Source: Spirochaetia bacterium
GTDB lineage: Bacteria; Spirochaetota; Spirochaetia; SZUA-6; Bin103
Assembly: GCA_965199955.1 (NCBI GenBank)
Contig: CBDATQ010000002.1
Location: forward strand, 288,001-352,000
Direction of reading: 5' to 3'
DNA length: 64,000 nucleotides
Shown one piece after another: positions 37,890 through 48,767 of the stretch. A program made the position numbers and the translations under genes. The notes beneath the pieces were generated by a model. That model did not search any database. It worked only from the letters and a program-made list of their open reading frames with translations, and had not been told where the DNA came from. The first letter of the stretch is position 1. Every line of letters begins with the position of its first letter.

Positions 37890-39548
37890 GTGCTCAGCAT
37901 GCGACCGTGCCCCGGCGTCGCCCGTGCGATGGCCGCCCTGCTCCTGGTGGCGGCTGCGTCCTTCGCGATCTCCAGGTTCGCGACGCCGTCGCCGCGGCTG
38001 CATGCGCTGACGCCTCAGCTGACGACCCCCGGACGGGTCGTCAGCCTGCAGGGTCGCTTTTTCGGCCGCGAGCGCGGTACCAGCGCCGTATCCTTCGCCG
38101 GCGGGGAGCCGCGCGCGAGCGCGTATCGCTCCTGGTCGGACGAGCGCATCGTGGTCGTCGTGCCCGCGACGTTCGCAAGCGGGCTCGTGCGCGTGGTAAC
38201 CCCGGCGGGAGCGAGCAACGGGATCCTGCTGACCCACCGCGATGATCTTCCGAGCCCGGTTGCCGACAGTCGACAGCCCGGGAGCCCTCCTGTCGTCAGG
38301 GAGGTGAGCCCGTCCGCCGCCGCGGTCGGCGAGCAAATCACCATCAGCGGCGCCGGGTTCGGGGCGTCGCCCGGCGCGGTGCGCTTCACTGCGGCGGCCG
38401 GCGGCGAGGGGGCGGCGCGGCCGAACCCCGTAATCGAAAGCTCATCGGTCGACCTGGACCACGTTCGCTGGAGCGATCGCCTGATCGTGGTGCGGGTGCC
38501 CGCGGGCGTGCGCTCGGGAGAGGTGTCGGTCCGTAACGGAACCGGACAGAGCGCCGCCCACGAGTTCGAGGTCCGCAGCGAGGTGGGGACCGTTCGCTAT
38601 CTCGACCCGCGCGGCTACGCGGCGACGTACGCGGTCAGCATCGCCGCGGCGGGTGCCGCCGGCGGCGGCGAGCTCTATCTCTGGATCCCCGCGATCCCGG
38701 AGACGTCGGCGCAGCGGCACCTGGCCGAGCCCTCGGTCAACGAGCGACCGATTCAGCGGGACCCTGCGGGCGTCGGGCTGTTCGGGTTCCGCGATCCGGT
38801 CTCCGGCGTGAGTCGCGAAGTGCGGAGCGACTACCGGATACGGCGCTACGCGATTCAGACGGCCATCGAGCCGTCGTCCGTGCGAGGATACCGCACGGAC
38901 AGCGCCTTCCATGAGCGCTTCACCGGCGGCGACGCGGTCGTGCCGTCCGGCGGGAATCTGCCGGCGATCGCCGAGCGAGCCATGCGGGGCTACGTCAATC
39001 CGCTGTGGCGAGCCCGCCTGACGTTCGACTACGTGGTCGCCCGGCTGCAGCCCGTTGCCGCGGCAGGCGCCCGCATCGCGCCTGCCGGCGCGGGACCCAT
39101 GCAGGTCGTGGCCGCGGCGATCGACGAACGCAGGGCCGCGCCGTACGAGTACGCGCTCACGTTCAGCGCCGTGGCCCGCGCTGCGGGCATCCCCGCACGC
39201 CCCGTGGCGGGATACCTGATAGACGACAGCGCAAGGGCGGTCCCGCACTACTGGGCGGAGTTCTTTCTGGAGGACTTCGGCTGGGTGCCCGTGGACCCGG
39301 CGATGGAAGCCGGTGCATCTCTTCCGGCCCGGCCCGCGGACGACGCGGTGGTCGACCCGTGGTTCGGCAGGCTGGACAGCCGCAGGATCGTGATTGCCAA
39401 GGGGATCTCCGATCCGCAGCCGATCGCACGTGCACGGCGCTTCCAGCGGCCGGAGGTCCCCGGGTTGCAGACCGCGCACGAGGACGTGGGTGCGACCTCC
39501 GAATACCGGACGAACTGGCTGGGGCTTACCGTCACGGACCGTTTCTGA
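37890..39548 (+). CDS. IPT/TIG-domain transglutaminase-like protein
   Basis: Two IPT/TIG repeats (VSLQGRFFG...WSDERIVVVVP; ITISGAGFG...WSDRLIVVRVP); TGase core ARAAGIPAR, HYWAEFF, GWVPVDP. Confidence 0.85.
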   Translation: MLSMRPCPGVARAMAALLLVAAASFAISRFATPSPRLHALTPQLTTPGRVVSLQGRFFGRERGTSAVSFAGGEPRASAYRSWSDERIVVVVPATFASGLVRVVTPAGASNGILLTHRDDLPSPVADSRQPGSPPVVREVSPSAAAVGEQITISGAGFGASPGAVRFTAAAGGEGAARPNPVIESSSVDLDHVRWSDRLIVVRVPAGVRSGEVSVRNGTGQSAAHEFEVRSEVGTVRYLDPRGYAATYAVSIAAAGAAGGGELYLWIPAIPETSAQRHLAEPSVNERPIQRDPAGVGLFGFRDPVSGVSREVRSDYRIRRYAIQTAIEPSSVRGYRTDSAFHERFTGGDAVVPSGGNLPAIAERAMRGYVNPLWRARLTFDYVVARLQPVAAAGARIAPAGAGPMQVVAAAIDERRAAPYEYALTFSAVARAAGIPARPVAGYLIDDSARAVPHYWAEFFLEDFGWVPVDPAMEAGASLPARPADDAVVDPWFGRLDSRRIVIAKGISDPQPIARARRFQRPEVPGLQTAHEDVGATSEYRTNWLGLTVTDRF

Positions 39549-39567
39549 ACCCCGCTGCCGACGGGTC

Positions 39568-39639
39568 AGGCGCCGACCGGAATCGAACCGGTGCATAAAG
39601 GTTTTGCAGACCTCTCCCTTACCACTTGGGTACGGCGCC
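39568..39639 (-). tRNA. tRNA-Cys(GCA)
   Basis: GGCGCCG acceptor, GAGGT-CTGCAAA-ACCTT anticodon arm, GGTTCGATTCC, U discriminator; CCA not encoded. Confidence 0.95.
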
Positions 39640-39649
39640 GGGTTGCATG

Positions 39650-41713
39650 CTACATCATAGTGCGCATGGAGCGGCTGCGTGTCGATGCCCTGGAAACCGC
39701 GGAGGGGCCCGCCGAATAGGCCGAGCGCAACTCCCGCCTCAACACCTTGTTGGAGGCGGTCCGCGGCAGCGCATCGACCAGGCAGACCTCCGAGATCTTG
39801 AACAGGGGATTGAGCCGTTCGGCAAGGGCACGTTGCAGTGACGAGAGCGGGTCCGGCAGCGCTCGGGACGTGACCGCGAAGACCACCAGGCGATCGGGCC
39901 CGCCGTGGCGGTCCGCAACCGCCACGGCCGCGCATTCGCCGATGCCTTCCACGCCCGACAGGGCGCGCTCGATCTCTGCGGAGGACACCTTGATCCCGGA
40001 CAGGTTCATCGTGTCGTCGACACGGCCGAGGGCGCGGTAGTAGCCCCCCGGCAGCCGCTGCATGTGATCGCCGTGGCGGCGCAGCGGCCGGCCGTCGGCG
40101 ATCGGCGTATCGGCCAGGTACACGTCGTGGTGATCGTCGTTGAGCAGCTCGGTGGACAAGCCGACCGATGGCGGCACCAGGAACAGCTCGCCGTCGGTCG
40201 CCGGTTGCCCGTGCTCGTCCCGGATGGCCAGGTCCAGCCCGAACGCCGGAGTCGTGAACGTCGCCGGCGCGGCCGGCTGATCCATCGTCGCCGAGACGTA
40301 TCCGCCTCCGATCTCCGTGCCTCCGCAGTACTCGATGACCGGTCGGTAGCCCGCGAGTGCCATCAGGTAGAGCTGGTCCTCGGGGTCCGAGCACTCACCC
40401 GTCGAGCTAAAGCGGCGTATGCGGCTCCAGTCGATTCCCTCCATGCAGCCGGATTGGCGCCAGATGCGCACCAGCGTCGGCACGAGTCCGAGCATGGTGA
40501 CGCCCGCGTCCCGCACGAACCTGCCGAAGTCCGCTCCCTTCGGGCCCGGATGGTACAGGGCGATCGTCGCCTGGTTGAGGAGCGCGGCGTAGATCAACCA
40601 CGGTCCCATCATCCACCCTAGGCTCGTCGGCCATGCCAGCACGTCGTCAGGCCGGATGTCATGCAGCAACATGGCGTCCGTCGCGCACTTGATCGGGGTC
40701 AGATGGGTCCACGGGATGGCCTTGGGCTCGCCGGTGGTGCCGGAGGAGAACAGAATGTTCGTGTGGGCGCAGGTGTCACGCGCGACCGCAGCGGCCGGGG
40801 TGGCGGACGCGACCTGTTCCCAGGGGATGTCCCGGGCTCGGGGCCGGTGCCCGCGCGGGAACTCGCCGATGACGATGGCGTCCAGGTCGGGAGCGGCGTC
40901 CAGGAGTCGCTCATAGGTGCGGGTGGCGACGATCGCCAGCGAGGTATCGGTGATGCGCAATCGGACCGCCACCTGCGGCGCGGCGAAGCTGTCGGCAATC
41001 GAGACCGCCGTGCAGCCGGCCAGGATCACCCCCAGGTAGGCGGCGACTGCCTCCGCCGTCATCGGCAGATAGAGCGCCACGCGGGCGCCCGGTCGCAGCC
41101 CGCGTTCGCGGCAGTGACCGGCCACTGCGTACGCCAGCCGCGCCAGATCGGCCCGGCTCATCCCGTCCAGCGGTCCGTCCTTGCTCGTGCGGTAGACGAT
41201 CGCCAGCCGGTCTCCGGCCGACCCCGGCTCGAGGCAGTTCTCGGCGATGTTCAGCCGCGCATCGGGAAACCACCGGCCGTCGCGCCATGCGGGCCCCGCA
41301 TCGCCGTGGAAACCGATCCGGAGGTGCTCGCACATCAGCTCCCAGAACTCGGTGCGATGCTCGATCGACCAGCGGTGCAAAGCGGCGATGTGGTCGACGC
41401 CGACGCGCCGCGCCAGCCTGCGTACGTTGGTGTCTCCGGACCCCATCTCCGGCAGCCACGCCGGCGCCGGCGGCAGGTCCGGGTCGCGGTCCGAATATGC
41501 GGCAGCGAAGCACAGCCGGTGCACGGCGAAGGGGATGCGGGTGAGCGGCAACGGCTCGGCCAGCACTTCACGGACCATCCGCTGCCAGCGCCGCTCTCCG
41601 GTCGGCTCGACCGCGCAGCGCTCGATGTTCTCCGCCAGCGCGACCGCATCGTCGACTCGGAGCGCCGTCAACCTCGGAAGGACCGCGGGCTTGGGCGTCC
41701 TCTGTGCCTCCAT
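39650..41713 (-). CDS. AMP-forming acyl-CoA synthetase (acetate-CoA ligase superfamily, AAE17/18-like)
   Basis: LFSSGTTGEPKAIPW, WPTSLGWMMGPW, EYCGGTEIGG, RHGD, GRVDDTMNLSG, PRTASNKV. Start uncertain. Confidence 0.85.
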   Translation of the reverse strand: MEAQRTPKPAVLPRLTALRVDDAVALAENIERCAVEPTGERRWQRMVREVLAEPLPLTRIPFAVHRLCFAAAYSDRDPDLPPAPAWLPEMGSGDTNVRRLARRVGVDHIAALHRWSIEHRTEFWELMCEHLRIGFHGDAGPAWRDGRWFPDARLNIAENCLEPGSAGDRLAIVYRTSKDGPLDGMSRADLARLAYAVAGHCRERGLRPGARVALYLPMTAEAVAAYLGVILAGCTAVSIADSFAAPQVAVRLRITDTSLAIVATRTYERLLDAAPDLDAIVIGEFPRGHRPRARDIPWEQVASATPAAAVARDTCAHTNILFSSGTTGEPKAIPWTHLTPIKCATDAMLLHDIRPDDVLAWPTSLGWMMGPWLIYAALLNQATIALYHPGPKGADFGRFVRDAGVTMLGLVPTLVRIWRQSGCMEGIDWSRIRRFSSTGECSDPEDQLYLMALAGYRPVIEYCGGTEIGGGYVSATMDQPAAPATFTTPAFGLDLAIRDEHGQPATDGELFLVPPSVGLSTELLNDDHHDVYLADTPIADGRPLRRHGDHMQRLPGGYYRALGRVDDTMNLSGIKVSSAEIERALSGVEGIGECAAVAVADRHGGPDRLVVFAVTSRALPDPLSSLQRALAERLNPLFKISEVCLVDALPRTASNKVLRRELRSAYSAGPSAVSRASTRSRSMRTMM

Positions 41714-41875
41714 CCGCAACCGTGACGAGTCTGCCGAGCCGGCCGCGTGCGGCGCAAGTCCGGTTCCCGCGGCTGCGTTCGGCATACGATGCGGGCCCGG
41801 ATCCGTCCGTTTCATCGCTCCACCGGGGGCCGCAGGTTGCGTGTGCCGGCCCGGAGCGGTACTCTGTATCCAGCC

Positions 41876-42925
41876 ATGGTGCAGCGCCTGACTCCGGAGG
41901 GGGCGTTGGCGCCCGAGTGTCACGACGACCCGGGCATGACCGACCAGCAGCTCCTGTACGCGTTTCAGGTGATGATCCAGTCACGCGCCATCGACGAGTG
42001 GGCGGTCAGTCTCACCCGGCAGGGCAGGCTGCTTCCCTATCCGCCCGCCGTCGGCCAGGAGGCCAACAGCGTCGGCGGGGCCATGGCGCTGCGCGACGAC
42101 GACTGGATCGTCCACGCCTACCGGGAGCTCGGCGCCCTGCTGGTGCGCGGCCTGCCGATCACCACCCACTTCCAGTACTGGTACGGCGTCGAGGACGGAA
42201 GCCGGCTGGACATCGATCGCTACCACCTGGCGCCGGTCGCCATCCCGATCGGCTCTCAGCTCCCGCATGCCGTGGGCCTCGCCTTTGCCGAACGGCACCT
42301 GGGACGCGACCGCGTGGTGCTCTGCTACTGCGGCGACGGCGCCACGTCACAGGGAGATTTCCACGAGTCGCTCACCTTCGCCGGGGTGTGGAACACGCCG
42401 ACCGTGTTCTACGTTCAGAACAACCAGTACGCGCTTTCGACCCCGCGCGACACGCAATGCGCGTCGCCGTCGCTGGCGGCGAAAGCCGAGGGCTACGGTT
42501 TCTCCGGCGTGCAGGTGGACGGCAACGACATCACCGCCGTATACCAGGTGGTGCGCGAGGCGGTGCGCCGCGCGCGGGCGGGTGACGGGCCGACGCTGAT
42601 CGAAGGAATCACCTACCGGGTGGGGGCGCACACGACCACGGACGACCCGACCCGCTACCGCACCCGCGAGGAGGAGCGGGCGTGGGAGCGTCACGATCCC
42701 ATCAGACGCGTGCAACGGCTGTTGATGGAACGGGGACTGCTGACGGAGTCGGAAACGCGGGCACTGGTGGCGGACGCGCGGACCAGGGCCCGGAAGGCCT
42801 TCGAAGCGGTCGAGTCGGACCCCGATCCCGACCTGGAAGCCGGCTTCCGCCACACGTTCGCGGAGGCTCCCCCGCTCCTGCAGCAGCAGCTCGCGCGGCT
42901 GCGCGAACTGCGCGGCGACCGATGA
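41876..42925 (+). CDS. pdhA: 2-oxoacid (pyruvate) dehydrogenase E1 alpha
   Basis: RQGR...GQEA, YRE, TPP motif GDGATSQGDFHE...NNQYA, HTTTDDPTRYR. Confidence 0.85.
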   Translation: MVQRLTPEGALAPECHDDPGMTDQQLLYAFQVMIQSRAIDEWAVSLTRQGRLLPYPPAVGQEANSVGGAMALRDDDWIVHAYRELGALLVRGLPITTHFQYWYGVEDGSRLDIDRYHLAPVAIPIGSQLPHAVGLAFAERHLGRDRVVLCYCGDGATSQGDFHESLTFAGVWNTPTVFYVQNNQYALSTPRDTQCASPSLAAKAEGYGFSGVQVDGNDITAVYQVVREAVRRARAGDGPTLIEGITYRVGAHTTTDDPTRYRTREEERAWERHDPIRRVQRLLMERGLLTESETRALVADARTRARKAFEAVESDPDPDLEAGFRHTFAEAPPLLQQQLARLRELRGDR

Positions 42926-42935
42926 GAGGACGCCG

Positions 42936-43910
42936 ATGAGGCCGGCCAACCTGGTCTCCTCCATCAACGACGGGCTGCGCACCGAAATGCGCCTCGACGA
43001 GCGGGTGATCACCTTCGGGGAGGACATCGGCGTCAACGGCGGCGTGTTCCGCGCCACCACGGGCCTGCAGGAGGAATTCGGCGCTTCCCGCTGCTTCGAC
43101 ACGCCGCTGGCCGAGAGCGTTGCCGTGGGCAGCGCGCTGGGGATGGCGGCGGCGGGGCTGCGCCCGGTGGTGGAGATTCAGTTCAGCGGGTTCATCTGGA
43201 CGGCGTTCAACCAGATCATCAACCACGTGGCACGCATCCGGACCCGTACGCAGGGGGCTTTTACCGCACCGATGGTGATCCGGATGCCGTACGGCGGCGG
43301 TGTGCGCGCGCTGGAGCACCACAGCGAGAGCATGGAGGCGATCCTCGCGCATGTTCCCGGCATCAAGGTGGTGATCCCGTCCACCCCTCATGATGCGAAG
43401 GGCCTGATGATCGCCGCGATCCGGGATCCCGACCCGGTGATCTTCATGGAGCCCAAGCGCGTCTACCAGGCGCCCAGACAGGAGATCCCCGAAGGCGACT
43501 TCGTCATCCCGCTGGGGACCGCTCGGGTCGTGGTGTCCGGCGCCGACCTGACCATCGTCTCCTACGGCGCCCAGATGAAGGAGGCGGTCGCCGCGGCGCG
43601 GCAGCTCGACGGCGAAGCCTCGGCGGAGGTGATCGACCTGCGGACGATCTATCCTCCCGACCTCGCGACGGTGGTGGAGTCGGTGCGTAAGACCGGCCGG
43701 CTGCTGGTCGTGCACGAAGGTCCGCGCTCGTACGGCGTCGGCGCGGAGTTGACCGCGACCGTCGCGGAGCAGGCGTTCCTGCACCTCGAGGCGCCGCCGG
43801 CGAGGCTGACGGGCAGCGACATCATCGTGCCGCTGCCCCGCCACGAGCGGCACTACCTGATCGGCGTCGCCGACATCGTCAGCGCGGCACGGCGGCTGCT
43901 GAGCTATTGA
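42936..43910 (+). CDS. pdhB: 2-oxoacid (pyruvate) dehydrogenase E1 beta
   Basis: GEDIGVNGGVFRAT, DTPLAES, EIQFSGF, ALEHHSES, DPVIFMEPK. Confidence 0.87.
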   Translation: MRPANLVSSINDGLRTEMRLDERVITFGEDIGVNGGVFRATTGLQEEFGASRCFDTPLAESVAVGSALGMAAAGLRPVVEIQFSGFIWTAFNQIINHVARIRTRTQGAFTAPMVIRMPYGGGVRALEHHSESMEAILAHVPGIKVVIPSTPHDAKGLMIAAIRDPDPVIFMEPKRVYQAPRQEIPEGDFVIPLGTARVVVSGADLTIVSYGAQMKEAVAAARQLDGEASAEVIDLRTIYPPDLATVVESVRKTGRLLVVHEGPRSYGVGAELTATVAEQAFLHLEAPPARLTGSDIIVPLPRHERHYLIGVADIVSAARRLLSY

Positions 43911-43924
43911 GGCGGGTGAGGGAG

Positions 43925-45292
43925 ATGTACGAGTTCAAGTTCCCGGACATCGGCGAGGGGCTGCACGAAGGCAAGATTCTCGAGCTGAAGCTGCAGCCGG
44001 GCGATGCGGTGGCGGAAGGCGATATCCTCGCCATCGTCGAAACCGACAAGGTGGTGGCGGAGATTCCGTCGCCGAAAACCGGGGTGGTACGCCGTTTCGG
44101 ATCCGCCGCCGGGCAGGTCATCAAGGTCGGCGACCCGTTTGCCTACATAGAGGTGGACGGCGAGGAGAACGGCGCCGAGCCGGCGGAGACCGCCGAGCGC
44201 ACGGACGGCGACGGGGTGCGGCCGCCGGAGGGCGCAACCGTCGTCGGCCGGCTGGACGCCGGCTCCGACCTGCTCCCCCCCAGCGACGAGGCGCCGCCAG
44301 CCGCCGCGGGTGACGACGGATCGCCGCCTCCCTCGGCCGGGCGTCCACCGCAGCCTGCGCGCCGTCGCGCCGCCGGCGCGGCGCTGGCGACCCCGGCTGC
44401 ACGCCGCCTGGCGCGTGACCTGAGCGTCGATCTCGGCACCGTCGAGGGGACCGGCGAGGGCGGACGCATCAGCAAGGACGACATCTACCGGGCGGCGGAG
44501 AACCCGGCGGCGTTGCCGGTAGCCGCGCCGCCGGCGCTCGACAAGGACGCGTTCGGCTTCCCGCTGACCGACGATCCGCTCACCCGGCCGGTGGACGTGC
44601 CGGCCGGGCAGCGGGTGGAGCTGACCATCCTGCGCAAGACCATCGCCCGCAACATGGAGGTCAGCCGAAGGATGCCCACGGCGATCGTCCATGACCTGGG
44701 CGAGGTCGACGACCTGGTCGAGTTGCGCGCGAAGGCCAATCGCAACCGCACGACGCACCTCAGCTACCAGCCGTTCTTCATGAAGGCGCTCGCCACCGCC
44801 CTGCGTGAGGTCCCGGTCCTGAACGCCACCTACGACGCGGTTTCCCAGGAAGTGACCGTGTACCGCGAGGTCAACGTCGGCTTCGCGGTCAATACCGAGG
44901 CGGGCGTGCTGCTGCCGGTGATCCGCAACGTCGACTCCAGCACGATCCTGACCCTCGACGGGCAGATGAAGCAGCTCGTCGCCGCGGCCCGCAACCGCTC
45001 GCTGGCGGCCGACGACCTGCGCGGCGGCACGATCGCCCTGACCAACTTCGGACCGTTCGGCGGCTTGTGGGCGGCGCCGATGATCTTCCCGCCGCAGGTC
45101 GCGATCTTGGGCATAGGCCGCATCCATCAGGCGCCGCGTGTGGCTGCCGGAGGCGCGATCGAGGCGCGTGTGGTGTTGCCGGTGTCGCTCGCGTTCGACC
45201 ATCGGGTGGTGGACGGCGTGCCGGCGGCTACCTTCGTGTCGCGCTTCCTGGAGCTCCTGTGCTCGCCGCAGGAGTTGATGGTATCGATGTAA
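43925..45292 (+). CDS. pdhC: Dihydrolipoamide acyltransferase E2
   Basis: FKFPDIGEG, lipoyl ETDKV, E3-binding ATPAARRLA...GTGEGGRI, catalytic DHRVVDG. Confidence 0.87.
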   Translation: MYEFKFPDIGEGLHEGKILELKLQPGDAVAEGDILAIVETDKVVAEIPSPKTGVVRRFGSAAGQVIKVGDPFAYIEVDGEENGAEPAETAERTDGDGVRPPEGATVVGRLDAGSDLLPPSDEAPPAAAGDDGSPPPSAGRPPQPARRRAAGAALATPAARRLARDLSVDLGTVEGTGEGGRISKDDIYRAAENPAALPVAAPPALDKDAFGFPLTDDPLTRPVDVPAGQRVELTILRKTIARNMEVSRRMPTAIVHDLGEVDDLVELRAKANRNRTTHLSYQPFFMKALATALREVPVLNATYDAVSQEVTVYREVNVGFAVNTEAGVLLPVIRNVDSSTILTLDGQMKQLVAAARNRSLAADDLRGGTIALTNFGPFGGLWAAPMIFPPQVAILGIGRIHQAPRVAAGGAIEARVVLPVSLAFDHRVVDGVPAATFVSRFLELLCSPQELMVSM

Positions 45293-45302
45293 GCCGGCCC
45301 AG

Positions 45303-46076
45303 GTGAGCACCCCACGGGCACGGGAACCGCGCTCGACGACCCCGTGGGGGGCTCCGATCCATCGGCTTGACCTCACCACGTCGACGATGGACGCGGCCGC
45401 CGGGCTGATCGCTGCGTGCCCGGCGCACGGAACCGCCATCACCGCCGAGCGTCAGAGCGCCGGGCGCGGCCGCAATCCGGGGAGCCGCTGGCGGTCGCAA
45501 CGCGGGGCGAACCTGCTGCTGACGCTCATGCTGCACCAGGACCGGACGGCGGCGGAGCCGTCCACGGTGCCGCTCCGCGTCGGCTGCGCGCTGGCCGAGG
45601 TGGCCGCTGCGCGGGGCCTGTCGCCGTCCATCAAGTGGCCGAATGACCTGCTCGTCGGCGGGCGCAAGCTGGCGGGGGTGCTGTGCGCGGCCACTCGCGG
45701 ATGGCTGCTGATCGGCGTCGGCATGAATGGCAACCAGCGGTCGTTTCCGCCGGATGCGGGGGACGCCACGTCGCTGGCGTTGTGCCTGGGCCGCAGCATC
45801 GACCGCGCACGGCTGGAGGGGGACGTGCTGGCGGCGATGCATCGCCTGCTGGATGCCGACGACTGGCTCGACCGGCTTCGCGGGCGGCTCGCCGGGGTCG
45901 GGTGCCCCGCACGGGTCGAGCGGGACGGCGGTGCCATGACCGGCGTGCTGCTCGGAGTCGACCGGCACGGCGCGCTGCGGCTTCGTACCGGCGCCGGGTC
46001 AGGCCCGGTCAGACGCGTGGTGAGCGGCGCACTCACGTTGGGAGCCGCGTTAGAGGGCTCCCGGACAGAAAATTGA
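45303..46076 (+). CDS. birA: Biotin--protein ligase (no HTH, type I)
   Basis: STMD, QSAGRGR, IKWPNDL, KLAGVL, GVGMN. Confidence 0.88.
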   Translation: MSTPRAREPRSTTPWGAPIHRLDLTTSTMDAAAGLIAACPAHGTAITAERQSAGRGRNPGSRWRSQRGANLLLTLMLHQDRTAAEPSTVPLRVGCALAEVAAARGLSPSIKWPNDLLVGGRKLAGVLCAATRGWLLIGVGMNGNQRSFPPDAGDATSLALCLGRSIDRARLEGDVLAAMHRLLDADDWLDRLRGRLAGVGCPARVERDGGAMTGVLLGVDRHGALRLRTGAGSGPVRRVVSGALTLGAALEGSRTEN

Positions 46077-46085
46077 CCACAGATG

Positions 46086-46114
46086 TTGGCGCTGGCGGCC
46101 GGAGTTGTTATCTT
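46086..46114 (+). promoter_or_regulatory. Putative groEL promoter
   Basis: TTGGCG-17-TATCTT with extended -10 TG. Confidence 0.5.
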
Positions 46115-46156
46115 GGCGGAAACTATCCCAAATCACATAACTCTTCAAAAGGGTGA

Positions 46157-47852
<1,696 letters not shown>

Positions 47853-47859
47853 TTCCACA

Positions 47860-47927
47860 TCAGAACGCCGGGAACTTCCGATCGTTCTGAAGAGGCCTCA
47901 CGTCCGCGCTGTGCGGGCGTGAAGCCT
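47860..47927 (+). terminator. Two consecutive hairpins after groEL
   Basis: TCAGAACG...CGTTCTGA (47860-47890) and AGGCCTCACGTCCGC...GCGGGCGTGAAGCCT (47893-47927). Confidence 0.55.
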
Positions 47928-47941
47928 GTCTCGTCTGCGTC

Positions 47942-48271
47942 ATGAAGCTGTTGGTACGAAAGCGGAACCCGCGCGGAGTCTCGCGTGCGGACTTCATGTT
48001 CACCATCGGCTACCGGGGCAGCGTGGCCATCGTCGACCGCGCTGCGCGGCGCCGCGGTGCGCGGTTGTCCGGTGAACGGCTGCTTGAACGCGGGCTGTAC
48101 AAGGCGGCGCTGTGTGCTGCGGAGTTCGATGGAGACGCCGCGGCTCAGGAGGCCGTACTGAGCTCCTACAACGCAAAGGCGGTCGCTCCGGTGACCGGTG
48201 TGGACCAGCTTCGGGCCCGGTTCGGCGTGTTCGGCGTGCCCGACTCCGTGACGGGCGTCGAGCGGGTTTGA
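47942..48271 (+). CDS. Hypothetical protein
   Basis: 109-aa ATG ORF with protein-like composition (SRADFMFTIGYRGSVAIVD); family not recognised. Confidence 0.6.
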   Translation: MKLLVRKRNPRGVSRADFMFTIGYRGSVAIVDRAARRRGARLSGERLLERGLYKAALCAAEFDGDAAAQEAVLSSYNAKAVAPVTGVDQLRARFGVFGVPDSVTGVERV

Positions 48272-48431
48272 CCATGGGGCTCGGAGGACGGGTGGCTCGG
48301 CATGGGCGGGTGGCCGCCGCGGTTGTGCCTGTGCCCTCGGCGTGATAGCTTCCGGCGTCGGTGAGCGACGATCGCTCCCGGCTTGCCGACGGCCCGTTAG
48401 GAACCAAAGGGAACTCTAAGGAACTCGCTGC

Positions 48432-48719
48432 ATGCAACCCAACGACCCGATTATCGGGCTGATTCTGCCGTTCGCCGCCATCTTTCTGATCTTCTACTTC
48501 CTGGTGCTGCGCCCACAGAGCAAGAAGCGCAAGGAAACGAAGGTGTACCTGGAAAGTCTGAAGAAGGGCGACAAAGTGGTTACGATCGGCGGGATGCACG
48601 GGGTGATAACCACCATCCGCGAGGATTCCGGTACGCTGACGCTGAAGGTGGACGACGATACTAAAATCGAATTCGACAAAGCGGCCGTCCGGTCACCGGA
48701 CAACACCGATTCCAGGTAG
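48432..48719 (+). CDS. yajC: Preprotein translocase subunit YajC
   Basis: FYFLVLRPQSKK, LKKGDKVVTIGGMHG. Confidence 0.95.
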   Translation: MQPNDPIIGLILPFAAIFLIFYFLVLRPQSKKRKETKVYLESLKKGDKVVTIGGMHGVITTIREDSGTLTLKVDDDTKIEFDKAAVRSPDNTDSR

Positions 48720-48767
48720 CACCGCCGGACGTTTTCCGGCGCTCTCTCCCACGGTAACGCAGAACTG

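Noticed and set aside
46086..46110. CIRCE-like element before groEL (TTGGCGCTG...GAGTTGTTA)
   Set aside because: Three mismatches per arm and a 7-nt rather than 9-nt spacer; better explained as the promoter.
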